Shown: positions 1-8,901 of the stretch, one piece after another
Numbering within the stretch: position 1 is the first letter of the stretch
How the letters are laid out: each line of letters starts with the position of its first letter
DNA from: a virus
Virus record (IMG/VR): IMGVR_UViG_3300028027_000059
Location: 1-64,000 of that record
Length of the DNA stretch: 64,000 nt
Strand: one strand, 5' to 3'
Program-made: the position numbers and the translations under genes
Notes under the pieces: model-generated
Databases searched by the model: none
Seen by the model: only the letters and a program-made list of their open reading frames with translations
What the model was told of the DNA's origin: nothing

Positions 1-208
1 ATAGTTAAGGATAGTAGGCATTGCATCGTTACTGTCTTTAGGATACATTATCCAAATAGAATTTTCACCGTCTGCTGGTACTACTTTCATTAGCTTATAA
101 GTCTTACCGTGTATGACTATAAAGTCGCTTGGTTGTTCACGTACTTCACCTCGTTCACTACATGATATTAATGTGATTAATCCTAGTCCTAATAGTATTT
201 GTTTCATA
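1..208 (-). CDS. putative lipoprotein, truncated at the window edge
   Basis: Minus-strand ATG at 206-208. Predicted N-terminus MKQILLGLGLITLISCSE shows a signal peptide plus lipobox. The frame stays open to position 1. Confidence 0.35.
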
Positions 209-212
209 TTAT

Positions 213-443
213 TTAATTTTTTAATATTGCATTTACTCGTTCTTCTAATATTTGCCATTCTATATCGCTGTGATCAGCGTTGTAGCATTCGAATTTAATT
301 TCATAACCCTTACGCTTCATGTCTATTAGTACTAGTACATGGTATTCGTCTCCTAGATTACGCCCCGTTTTTTCTCTAACGTTATTAGCCATCTCAACTG
401 GTGCTGTTGATGGTAAGCGTACTATGAATATTGGCTTAGCCAT
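213..443 (-). CDS. hypothetical protein
   Basis: 76-aa ORF, tightly packed with its neighbours. Confidence 0.4.
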   Translation of the reverse strand: MAKPIFIVRLPSTAPVEMANNVREKTGRNLGDEYHVLVLIDMKRKGYEIKFECYNADHSDIEWQILEERVNAILKN

Positions 444-449
444 ACTATT

Positions 450-860
450 TTAGATTTTATATATTTTAATTCTTGTGAATTTAAACTGCTTATCTTGCTT
501 ACCTACAAGTATATCAATGCGCTTTTTATAACGTTTATTCATTACATCTTTAACTATGTATGTGCCGTTATGTTTACCTATACCTGTTACTCTAACTTTA
601 GTTCCAAATTTCCATTTACGTTTTAGATCTCTACTTACTGCTATTATCTTGTGTCGCTTAGGATTTAATGTGTCTATTTTAAATCCGCTAGCTGTAATGT
701 GTGGTGTACTATCACATTCATCTGTTGATGGGGTGTAAGTAGTTACTGTTACCTGTTCTGGTTTGAGTGTTGGAATTAATTGGCTTATTCTTAATTCTTC
801 TTGTTTTATTTTACAAGGTAGTAGTAATAGTGTAAATGATATTATTAAATTTATATTCAT
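450..860 (-). CDS. secreted 3D-domain (MltA-like) peptidoglycan-binding/lytic protein
   Basis: N-terminal signal peptide. C-terminal IIAVSRDL...FGTKVRVTG...GTYIVKDVM...RIDIL matches the three-Asp 3D-domain pattern. Confidence 0.5.
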   Translation of the reverse strand: MNINLIISFTLLLLPCKIKQEELRISQLIPTLKPEQVTVTTYTPSTDECDSTPHITASGFKIDTLNPKRHKIIAVSRDLKRKWKFGTKVRVTGIGKHNGTYIVKDVMNKRYKKRIDILVGKQDKQFKFTRIKIYKI

Positions 861-1058
861 TTTTAATTATTATCCATTTCGTATATTACTAAATCGATTT
901 CATCACGTACTTTATCTATTATTTCATTTATTTCATTAACATCAAGTAATTTGTGTTCTGAGTGATGTGTAATTGCTACGTTTAAACTGTAGTACAGTGT
1001 ATTTAATTCTTGTAATGTTAGTTCCATATTTTAATTTTATAACATCAATGTACGACCA

Positions 1059-1604
1059 TTACTCTGCCAAGTACAATCGATTATGATTGTATAATGCAAC
1101 GGGATTATCTTCGGTTAGTAATCCGTAGTTTTCCTTAACGTGCTCATATATTACACTTAATGGCTCATTAATCACTTCACCTAATAATTGAGCGAAGTAA
1201 TCGTTTGATGTTGTCACTGTTTCTTGCTCTGTACCTGGTAACCCACAATATGTTGCTTCACCTACCTCACTAATAAACATACCACTGTAGAATCCGTTTA
1301 ATTCGTGTCTATTCATGAATTGATCTGCATTACACCATATTGAGATACACTCAGTGTGTTTCAATGCGTCTACTGTCGTTGCATCAACTATATAGCCGTT
1401 ATTACCTATGAATTTACCTACACTGAATAATCCGAATGGCGAACCATGACCTAACATTATGATACGATCAACTCGAACCATTAATTCTTTAACTTGGTCC
1501 TTAGTTGCACCTCCATTTAATATAATGGCGTCGGTTAGGTTTGCATATATCGGTTTTAGGAAATCCGTTGATGCGTCTGTAGGGTGTATTACTAATGTTT
1601 TCAT
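1059..1604 (-). CDS. hypothetical protein
   Basis: 181-aa ORF with no recognisable motif. Confidence 0.45.
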   Translation of the reverse strand: MKTLVIHPTDASTDFLKPIYANLTDAIILNGGATKDQVKELMVRVDRIIMLGHGSPFGLFSVGKFIGNNGYIVDATTVDALKHTECISIWCNADQFMNRHELNGFYSGMFISEVGEATYCGLPGTEQETVTTSNDYFAQLLGEVINEPLSVIYEHVKENYGLLTEDNPVALYNHNRLYLAE

Positions 1605-1659
1605 ACGATAAAGATAGACACCTTACGGTGCCTATCCAAATTTACTAACCTAATCTAAA

Positions 1660-1938
1660 TTAATTCTCGTCTTCAATTTCAAAGTCGAATATTTCATCTC
1701 GTTTATCATCAATGATATCACCTAAATCGTTAAATGCATTGATAATATCACTACAAGCGTCACCTACTGATTTACCAATTTCGAATAAATTATCATCACC
1801 ATCAATGTCGTTTAATGTGTCTGAAGCATTATCTAACATGCTGTGAATTTCGACTAACTTTAATAATTGCTCTCTAGTTAATGTGATTAACTTTTCTTCT
1901 TTTGCTTCTAAACTTACTTTTACATTTGCTTTTGCCAT
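1660..1938 (-). CDS. hypothetical acidic protein
   Basis: The start was trimmed to MAKANVK (ATG at 1936-1938) because the conserved promoter-like motif lies inside the longer ORF. Confidence 0.4.
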   Translation of the reverse strand: MAKANVKVSLEAKEEKLITLTREQLLKLVEIHSMLDNASDTLNDIDGDDNLFEIGKSVGDACSDIINAFNDLGDIIDDKRDEIFDFEIEDEN

Positions 1939-2108
1939 AACTTTATTTTTTATTTTGTTTACGTGAATATAATTCGTCTTCAATGCCTATCCAATGTTTT
2001 CTCCACCATCTAGTGAATCGTGGGTTAGTATTATTTAGGGCATACGTTTCACCCATTACTAATAGTATTAATGATATAAATCCAAGGATGAATAGTATTA
2101 AGAATATT

Positions 2109-2357
2109 TTAAGCATTATCATAGCTATCTTCTTTTAACATTGAATTAACTTGATCTATAGTTAGTAACTCGCCTTTTTTAGCTTGATCCACTAACTCAA
2201 CCATATTAGCCCATAACATGTTTTTATCTTCGGCTAAGTAGTTATTTAATACAGTTTCAGCTAACGTTTCAGCGTCATCTCTAAATACTATTACTAATTG
2301 ATCATAAATTGAACTGATTTGTTCGTCTGTTAGGAGTTCGTCGTTACTGCTTGACAT
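2109..2357 (-). CDS. hypothetical protein
   Basis: 82-aa ORF. Confidence 0.35.
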   Translation of the reverse strand: MSSSNDELLTDEQISSIYDQLVIVFRDDAETLAETVLNNYLAEDKNMLWANMVELVDQAKKGELLTIDQVNSMLKEDSYDNA

Positions 2358-2788
2358 ATTTTAATTTTTTGTTTATTGGTAAGGTAAGTATAGAATTCTG
2401 CCAATGTACCATCGAAGTTAAGCATTTCATCATCAACTTCATCACGTTTCATTCCAAGTTCGTTTTTGAATGCTTTATACATTTCATCTAATATTTTAGC
2501 TTCGTCCGCTTCGTAATCCTTAGTTAAACGGCGTCTACGCTCTCCAAACATACATCTGATTTCGTGTTTCTTATCTGGATTAAGTTCATTAGCGATTGCT
2601 TCTTGCTCTAATACATCTTCATATTTGAGTTGCCAATAATAATCTGATACTTCGAAATCGCCATTTGGAATACGTTCGTCTAAACGATTATACTTGTGTA
2701 GCATTTGACGTGGCTGAAAGCGTCTCCACCAATAGAATTTATTGTAGGTATTCTTTCGAAACGTTGCTATTCTATCTTTTAATTCCAT
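2330..2788 (-). CDS. hypothetical protein
   Basis: 152-aa ORF. Confidence 0.4.
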   Translation of the reverse strand: MELKDRIATFRKNTYNKFYWWRRFQPRQMLHKYNRLDERIPNGDFEVSDYYWQLKYEDVLEQEAIANELNPDKKHEIRCMFGERRRRLTKDYEADEAKILDEMYKAFKNELGMKRDEVDDEMLNFDGTLAEFYTYLTNKQKIKICQAVTTNS

Positions 2789-3138
2789 CCATTTTCAGTT
2801 TTAACTTGAGTAATGTGCTTACAAGTGTGAGAATTACCTGACCAACCATAAGCAGGGCAAGTACAAGACCAAACATCATCTACACACTTAACTGTGTATG
2901 ATTTGCCTTTACTACCTGCAACTTCGGTTTCGTAATTATTTTTGAATGCTTCGTTTTTAGCACCCTTATACTCCTTTCTAAAGTGAGTAATGTGCTTATA
3001 ACCTAAATGGTTTGGGATTTCAGTCCATTTACCGTCGGCAATAACGTAACGTGTGCCTGGGTCGACTATAGAGTCAAACACAACGGGTACCATGTAACTG
3101 TGGACAATTAACTTGTCGTTTGTAATAATAACTGACAT
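2779..3138 (-). CDS. SWIM-type zinc-finger protein
   Basis: C-terminal WSCTCPAYGWSGNSHTCKHI fits the CxCxnCxH SWIM signature. Confidence 0.5.
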   Translation of the reverse strand: MSVIITNDKLIVHSYMVPVVFDSIVDPGTRYVIADGKWTEIPNHLGYKHITHFRKEYKGAKNEAFKNNYETEVAGSKGKSYTVKCVDDVWSCTCPAYGWSGNSHTCKHITQVKTENGWN

Positions 3139-3154
3139 AACCTTTAATTTTATA

Positions 3155-3170
3155 ACGTGAATATACGAAC
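3155..3170 (-). promoter_or_regulatory. conserved promoter-like motif
   Basis: Minus sense CGTTCGTATATTCACGT. The ATG of gene 2779..3138 follows ~25 nt further on, after TATAAAATTAAAGGTT. Confidence 0.4.
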
Positions 3171-3351
3171 GTTATAGTGCCATCCAACCTATTTATTCAA
3201 CCACTCATCAGCACCCATCTGCATTGCTTGAGCTGGTGTCATTGTTGGGTCTTCTTGCATATAGCGTAATGCATAATACACTACTTCGGCTTCTAGTCCC
3301 ATATCAAGTGCTTCCTCTAAGTAAACACCGATTGTTTTGATATCTTCTACT

Positions 3352-3549
3352 TTACCCATGATTTAGTCTTTCTTTTTTAATTTTAGCTAATCTAATCCAC
3401 TCAAGTTGTTCTGCTAGTGAAGCACCTCTTTGAGTTAATTCCATCCAAGCCTCTTCACCTAATGGCTTACGTTTTGACTTTTTATTCCAATTTCTGTCTA
3501 CTTTGTTTGACGCTTTGTCTTGAAACTGATCTCTGGTTTGAAATGCCAT
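3352..3549 (-). CDS. hypothetical basic protein
   Basis: 65-aa ORF. Confidence 0.3.
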   Translation of the reverse strand: MAFQTRDQFQDKASNKVDRNWNKKSKRKPLGEEAWMELTQRGASLAEQLEWIRLAKIKKERLNHG

Positions 3550-3577
3550 GTTTTGATTTTATTGATGATAAATATAA

Positions 3578-3853
3578 CTACTTTTTTACTGACAACCCGT
3601 AACCCATATCGAACCAACTGAATTCAAGTGATGCTTGTTGGTGATCGAATTTATAAACGTCTTGTATAGCCTTTATACTATACTCCTTCCATTCATTGTA
3701 CTGTTTTTTAGTCAGTTGGTGGTTTTGAAACCAATTTGGATCATCTTTAACCTCATCCCAAGTCTTACCCACATAAGCAAGTTGCTCATTAATTAAATGC
3801 ATTGGTAGTGTTTGCTCATTGAGCTTTGGTCGTCTTTGGAACAGGCGTTTCAT
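3578..3853 (-). CDS. hypothetical protein
   Basis: 91-aa ORF. Confidence 0.4.
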   Translation of the reverse strand: MKRLFQRRPKLNEQTLPMHLINEQLAYVGKTWDEVKDDPNWFQNHQLTKKQYNEWKEYSIKAIQDVYKFDHQQASLEFSWFDMGYGLSVKK

Positions 3854-3883
3854 GTAACATGGTTTTAGATGGTCGTAAATATA

Positions 3884-4156
3884 TCAATTTAAAGTTTCCT
3901 TAGCGTGTTTTAATTTAATTGCTAAATCAAATTTTTCCATGTCATTTAATACTCCAAAGCATGCAGCACGATGTAACATTCCACCTGTCTCTTTAAATTG
4001 AACCCATTGTCCTGATGCTGGAGTTATTCCTATAGCTCTGAAATCAGCACATTCAGGATTATAAACAATATTAATGACTGTAAATACATCACCTTTCTTA
4101 CATGTTAATTCACCTGTTACTCCATGATACACATCACATAACGCTTTAACTATCAT
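3884..4156 (-). CDS. hypothetical protein
   Basis: 90-aa ORF followed by the GGGGGT-TTTGACA-CCCCC hairpin at 4180-4200. Confidence 0.4.
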   Translation of the reverse strand: MIVKALCDVYHGVTGELTCKKGDVFTVINIVYNPECADFRAIGITPASGQWVQFKETGGMLHRAACFGVLNDMEKFDLAIKLKHAKETLN

Positions 4157-4213
4157 AACTTATTTGTTTAATAAAGATAAGATGGGGGTTTTGACACCCC
4201 CACTCACTTAAAA

Positions 4214-4960
4214 TTAAAGGTATGACTCAGCTAATTCGAACAATTGTTCGTTTAATTGAATATCTTTTTGGAAGTTCTTTACAGATCTAGCCTTACGACC
4301 ACCTGAAGTATATGAACCACCTAATATTTTTTCTTGAATACGATTAAATACTAACCATAAATCATTACCAACGTCTTCTTTACGAGTTGGTTCTAAGATA
4401 CTCATAATATTAACTGTTTTCTTAGTTCTCAATGCAGCCGCTTTAGTAGCGAAGTCTTCCATTTGAGGCTCAGTTAATACTTTAGTTTTAAACTTATTAA
4501 TCTTCTGAACTAATCCAGGTAACTTAGTAATCATTTCGTTTACCTTAACCTGTAATGAACCGAATGTGTAGTTAACGTGTCTGATAGACATTACTCCAAA
4601 ATCAGCATCGCTAATTACTAAACCATTACTACATACGAATCGGAAGATACCAACTCTAAAATTGAATGCAGCCTTACCATCATGTGAATTGGTAAGTAGG
4701 ATTTGGGGACATGAATCATCTCCATTAGCACCCTTAATCATAATAGATGGGTTTTGGAACATGATTAAATGTTTTTGGAAGCCTTTGTACTTACGAGATT
4801 TAACCTCTTGTACTTTAGTAACGTTCCAACCTAAATTCATTAAATCTTCTACAACACGGATTGTAGGTGTCTGAATGTATTTATCAGATAAATGTGAAGC
4901 TTTTTCAGTTGTAAATACTGACGGCGCTATTGCCTTAATTTGTTCAATGTTGTAACTCAT
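4214..4960 (-). CDS. DUF932-like phage/plasmid protein
   Basis: LLTNSHDGKAAFNFRVGIFRFVCSNG resembles the DUF932 core. The start was trimmed to MSYNIEQ because the promoter-like motif lies upstream. Confidence 0.45.
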   Translation of the reverse strand: MSYNIEQIKAIAPSVFTTEKASHLSDKYIQTPTIRVVEDLMNLGWNVTKVQEVKSRKYKGFQKHLIMFQNPSIMIKGANGDDSCPQILLTNSHDGKAAFNFRVGIFRFVCSNGLVISDADFGVMSIRHVNYTFGSLQVKVNEMITKLPGLVQKINKFKTKVLTEPQMEDFATKAAALRTKKTVNIMSILEPTRKEDVGNDLWLVFNRIQEKILGGSYTSGGRKARSVKNFQKDIQLNEQLFELAESYL

Positions 4961-4988
4961 AACCTTTATTTTAATTTTATTTATAACG

Positions 4989-5003
4989 TAAATATAGTAA
5001 GGG
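4989..5003 (-). terminator. GC-rich hairpin
   Basis: gggggcattgccccc forms a perfect 6-bp stem between two genes. Confidence 0.4.
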
Positions 5004-5020
5004 GGCATTGCCCCCTCTAA

Positions 5021-5206
5021 TTAATTTAATACTCCTAAACGTGCATATAATATAGCCTCGCTATACGCCTCCATTTCGTCTAATGTTTCAGGCTCGTACA
5101 TTTCATCTATTCGATATACGATCTCTTCTCTATCCATACCTCTTAACGTTAATGAACGGGTCCAATTTTCAACTTCGAAACATTTAGTTATCAATTCTGC
5201 TGTCAT
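5021..5206 (-). CDS. hypothetical protein
   Basis: 61-aa ORF preceded by the promoter-like motif. Confidence 0.35.
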   Translation of the reverse strand: MTAELITKCFEVENWTRSLTLRGMDREEIVYRIDEMYEPETLDEMEAYSEAILYARLGVLN

Positions 5207-5218
5207 ACTTAATTATTT

Positions 5219-5233
5219 GACATGAATGTACGA
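5219..5233 (-). promoter_or_regulatory. conserved promoter-like motif
   Basis: Minus sense GTCGTACATTCATGTC, 14 nt upstream of ATG 5206. Confidence 0.4.
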
Positions 5234-5635
5234 CTATTGCTCTGCCACCCACTTACCGCTATCAATCAACTTAAATTCCATATCATTTCTATCTATGAAT
5301 TGATACGTTGCTGATTGTAGATTAAAATGCTCGTTAATGTGATTTAATACTTGCTCAGGTGTGAAATCAGAGCAACTGTATAAGTCAAATTGGAACATTG
5401 AAGGATGAATTGCATCCCAAACATGTATTGAAGCGTGAGATGTAGCTAGTGTTACTGTACCTGTTATTCCCTCGTTTCCAAGTTCATTAACATATACTGA
5501 GGTAGGTCCTGCTACAACTACCATTCCGACTTTATTTACTAATTCTCTAAACCATTGGTTTAGTACTTCTTCTGACTTGGGTGGGTTAGTAATATAACCC
5601 TTTACTAATAGGTGGAGGTGATTTGGTACGAACAT
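5234..5635 (-). CDS. S-adenosylmethionine decarboxylase-like pyruvoyl proenzyme (SpeH/SpeD class 1B family)
   Basis: ITGTVTLATSHASIHVWD...FDLYSCSDF aligns with bacterial SpeH VVIISESHLTIHSFPE...IDVYTCGD. The self-cleavage dipeptide is T-S rather than E-S. Confidence 0.6.
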   Translation of the reverse strand: MFVPNHLHLLVKGYITNPPKSEEVLNQWFRELVNKVGMVVVAGPTSVYVNELGNEGITGTVTLATSHASIHVWDAIHPSMFQFDLYSCSDFTPEQVLNHINEHFNLQSATYQFIDRNDMEFKLIDSGKWVAEQ

Positions 5636-6264
5636 TACTTAAACTTAAATCCTGTTAATTTTTCAACATCAGCAAGATCGACTTGATTGTTATGAATACC
5701 GTCTGCTTTAGTTGTATTGTTATCAAATATAAATGCCATGTATTCTTTAGACTTTTTAGTGTATATTACTTTCCAGCATTGAGTTGGTACTGAAGTTGTA
5801 CCTATTTTTTTAGCTACGCCTACTGAACCACACCATACTTTAACTGAATCGTCTTTAAGTGCAATTTCACGAGATAACATCTCTAATGCTTTCCAATCGC
5901 CTCTGTTTAATGCAGGGTATTGAGCAGTCATATTGCTGAAGAAGAATGATTCTTCGTTTGCTATTTGATCACATACCACATCAGCTGCAGGCATATTATG
6001 TCCGCGATCGAATCCAGCGCCTGTATAATCTGCTTGAAGATTTGTTTCATTTGGTAATTTTGGATCTGGGATGAATTTATCACCACGTTTTACTTTAACA
6101 GGACATGTTAAACCTGCTTTAGTAATCCACCATTCAACTTTAACTGGGTAGTGTTTTGATTTACTGTAATGCGTTGTATACGCTTTGTGAGTTAGTGTAA
6201 CTACATCTTGAGCTGTAACTGTGAAACTAACTAATAATAATAGGGCTAATAGGCATTTTTTCAT
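5635..6264 (-). CDS. secreted DNA/RNA non-specific endonuclease (Serratia NucA family)
   Basis: Signal peptide MKKCLLALLLLVSFTVTAQ. DRGHNMPAAD catalytic motif. FSNMTAQ supplies the metal-binding Asn. Confidence 0.7.
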   Translation of the reverse strand: MKKCLLALLLLVSFTVTAQDVVTLTHKAYTTHYSKSKHYPVKVEWWITKAGLTCPVKVKRGDKFIPDPKLPNETNLQADYTGAGFDRGHNMPAADVVCDQIANEESFFFSNMTAQYPALNRGDWKALEMLSREIALKDDSVKVWCGSVGVAKKIGTTSVPTQCWKVIYTKKSKEYMAFIFDNNTTKADGIHNNQVDLADVEKLTGFKFK

Positions 6265-6275
6265 GCCGATAAATA

Positions 6276-6542
6276 TCAGGCACCTAACATAACCTTGGAT
6301 AGCCATATACCAAATACACTACCTACTACACCACCTAAAGCATAACCTAACCATTGATGTAATGTATTGTCGCTATTAGCAATACGTTTGATTACGAAAT
6401 AACCTAACGTTGCAATTGCGAAGTCAGATAGTGCTGACCATATGTAATGTGCTTGTGCTACTGCTCTATAGTTGATAACTAATAAGCCATAGCTTAGTGT
6501 TTGTATTCCTAACATAATTAGGAACTCTTTTAACTTAACCAT
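6276..6542 (-). CDS. small two-helix transmembrane protein (holin-like?)
   Basis: 88 aa with two hydrophobic helices. Lies immediately upstream of the nuclease. Confidence 0.35.
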   Translation of the reverse strand: MVKLKEFLIMLGIQTLSYGLLVINYRAVAQAHYIWSALSDFAIATLGYFVIKRIANSDNTLHQWLGYALGGVVGSVFGIWLSKVMLGA

Positions 6543-6617
6543 TGTGATAACATTGAAATTACGATTGTTAAACCTAACATTATTAACGTTATAGCCATGA
6601 ATAAATCCCCTTCTTGT

Positions 6618-6827
6618 TTACCCTTTTGCTTGCTCATCTAACTGTGTTTTAATTGTTTCGTAATATTCTTCACGTAAACGTCTAACTGCAGCTTCAGCGC
6701 TTGCTACACCTGCTTTAAACATTTGCTCATTACTTTGGTAACCACGCTCATTTATCACTTTAAATATTTCTTCGAACATTTCAAATCCGAATAAATTACT
6801 ACCTAATGCTTGATATTTGTCTCCCAT
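6618..6827 (-). CDS. hypothetical protein
   Basis: 69-aa ORF. Confidence 0.35.
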   Translation of the reverse strand: MGDKYQALGSNLFGFEMFEEIFKVINERGYQSNEQMFKAGVASAEAAVRRLREEYYETIKTQLDEQAKG

Positions 6828-6828
6828 A

Positions 6829-7065
6829 CTATACTATTTTATTTATAATTTTTAAAATGGTTTCTTCATCTTCCTTTGTTAATCTCCATTTGTTATCTAA
6901 TAGTTTGCTAACTGAATCATTCCATTCAGGTCCATCAGGATGTAATTCTTTCTCTAGCTTTTTAGGTATATAGCCCGCTTCATAGAGTTCATCTACTAGC
7001 TCTTGCTTTTCAAATCGGTCTAATCCATACATGATATCATCTACATCAACATCAAAACTTGCCAT
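6829..7065 (-). CDS. hypothetical protein
   Basis: 78-aa ORF. Confidence 0.35.
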   Translation of the reverse strand: MASFDVDVDDIMYGLDRFEKQELVDELYEAGYIPKKLEKELHPDGPEWNDSVSKLLDNKWRLTKEDEETILKIINKIV

Positions 7066-7143
7066 AATTTATATTTTAGTGAAAGTTAAAGAATTTAGTT
7101 TTACTCACTTGTTTATATTCTACTTTGGATTGTAATGGTCTTT

Positions 7144-8865
7144 CTACCACCACGCGCGCTTGCGGTTTACGACCTCTGCGTTTGCATATTCGTTCTTCGG
7201 TAACGCCCCAATTTGTTTCCTTGACCTGTTTGTAAAAGGCCTGCCTAATTTTTTCCCAGTATTCTTTATCTTGTTCCATAGACTTAAATGTACGACTTCT
7301 GGTTGTGCCTCCTCGGATCTTAATCTATTAATGTCAGCTTCTAACTCCTGAATAATTCGTTGGTTATTTTTAATACCAGCTAACATTTGCATTTTGATTT
7401 TTACATCATTATCCAATGTTCCTAGCTCAATATTATCTAATAGTGAATAGTGCTTTTCAGCTACACGTTCATTAGCTTCAGCTACTTGGGATGCCATTGC
7501 ATCTTCAAGACGTTGCTGTGATAGTTCAGCCATTCTACTATCGTCAAATTCTCTATTAAGTGAATTAACAACTTGTTGTATATCATCATCATTCATTTGT
7601 GGTGGTGGAACTGGTTCTGTTACATCTCCACCATTCCATTCTCTAGTTAATTCTTGAATAAGTTGTTCTCTGTTATAATTTTCTGGATCTAATAGGCCAT
7701 TCACATATCGTTCTCCATTAGGGCCATATGTGATATGATCTCCATTAGATGTTATTCTCATTCTTTCAACCCCATCATCTGTAAATCTAATATTTCCATT
7801 TCTAACTTCTAAATCACCATGAACTTGTATTTGTGCTGTTGGTGTTGAAGTACCTAACCCTATTCCCACATTGGTTGTAGTTGAACTAACTGTAAATGTA
7901 TTTGGGTTGTAAGTGTAAATAGTACCAGTACCTGTTGATGGCCAATTTGTTATTGTTGTACCACTACTTTCAACATGGTCTATTATACCACCTGATCTAT
8001 ATGAATTATCTATACCAGGTCCTTCTTCATACATTCCTGGTCTGTAATTACCATCCCTATACATTTCTAATTTATCACTTTCCTCTTGAGTCATTAATGT
8101 CTGATTAGGAACAGGCATTTCTTTAATTTCATTTCTGATTGCCTCTAATACTGCTGATGGTGCTTCTGAATCTAATGCCTCAATTCTTCTATCAGTAACA
8201 TCCCACCATGAGAATTCATTATCATGATTTGGGTCTATATTTTTAAAGCAAGCTACTTTATAACCTGTTTTCTTATTAATATTATAAATCAATATGCCAC
8301 GAGATGAATAGCGAGCATAGTATTGACCTGTATTGGTTGTAGTACACCATTTAGTATTAGCACCATATTTCATTGATGCCTCTAGTGATAGTGGTCTTAA
8401 GGATACCCAAGTATCGTCCTCGTATACCTTTTTAATTTGTTTCTCTAATTTCTTATCTATTAATTTGATTTCAGCTAATGCAACTGCTTGCTCAATTTCT
8501 TCCCATGTTGAATAAGACGTAACATCAGTGTTTTCAATTAATTTACGTTCAATGAATGAAGCGAACTTAGTAAATCGTTTTATATTTTCATCACCAATCA
8601 TATAATTAAAAGTACCAAGTAAGAATTGTAATGTATCTAAATCAAGTGTTTGAATATAATTATAATCTAATCCTGTATGTGATACTATATACTCAACTAC
8701 TTCATTACGATAATTATCTGAATGATGGTTGAGTTTGTTTTTATCTAATTTAATAAGCATTTCAATATACTTATTAGATTGATTTGGTGATATCATTTTA
8801 AAGACATCAATAGCGCTCATAGCGTAGAGTGGATGTTGTTTCTTTAATTCGTCTATTCTTGACAT
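7144..8865 (-). CDS. large hypothetical protein with a fibre-like G/T/S/N-rich central segment and a C-terminal coiled coil
   Basis: 573 aa. Central NVGIGLGTSTPTAQIQVHGDLEV resembles fibre motifs. An out-of-frame ORF 7076..7279 overlaps its 3' end. Confidence 0.45.
   Translation of the reverse strand: MSRIDELKKQHPLYAMSAIDVFKMISPNQSNKYIEMLIKLDKNKLNHHSDNYRNEVVEYIVSHTGLDYNYIQTLDLDTLQFLLGTFNYMIGDENIKRFTKFASFIERKLIENTDVTSYSTWEEIEQAVALAEIKLIDKKLEKQIKKVYEDDTWVSLRPLSLEASMKYGANTKWCTTTNTGQYYARYSSRGILIYNINKKTGYKVACFKNIDPNHDNEFSWWDVTDRRIEALDSEAPSAVLEAIRNEIKEMPVPNQTLMTQEESDKLEMYRDGNYRPGMYEEGPGIDNSYRSGGIIDHVESSGTTITNWPSTGTGTIYTYNPNTFTVSSTTTNVGIGLGTSTPTAQIQVHGDLEVRNGNIRFTDDGVERMRITSNGDHITYGPNGERYVNGLLDPENYNREQLIQELTREWNGGDVTEPVPPPQMNDDDIQQVVNSLNREFDDSRMAELSQQRLEDAMASQVAEANERVAEKHYSLLDNIELGTLDNDVKIKMQMLAGIKNNQRIIQELEADINRLRSEEAQPEVVHLSLWNKIKNTGKKLGRPFTNRSRKQIGALPKNEYANAEVVNRKRAWW
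7283..7296 (-). promoter_or_regulatory. conserved promoter-like motif
   Basis: Minus sense GTCGTACATTTAAG, upstream of ATG 7279. Confidence 0.35.
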
Positions 8866-8901
8866 AACATTATTTTATTAGATAAAGGTAATGAGAAGGC
8901 C

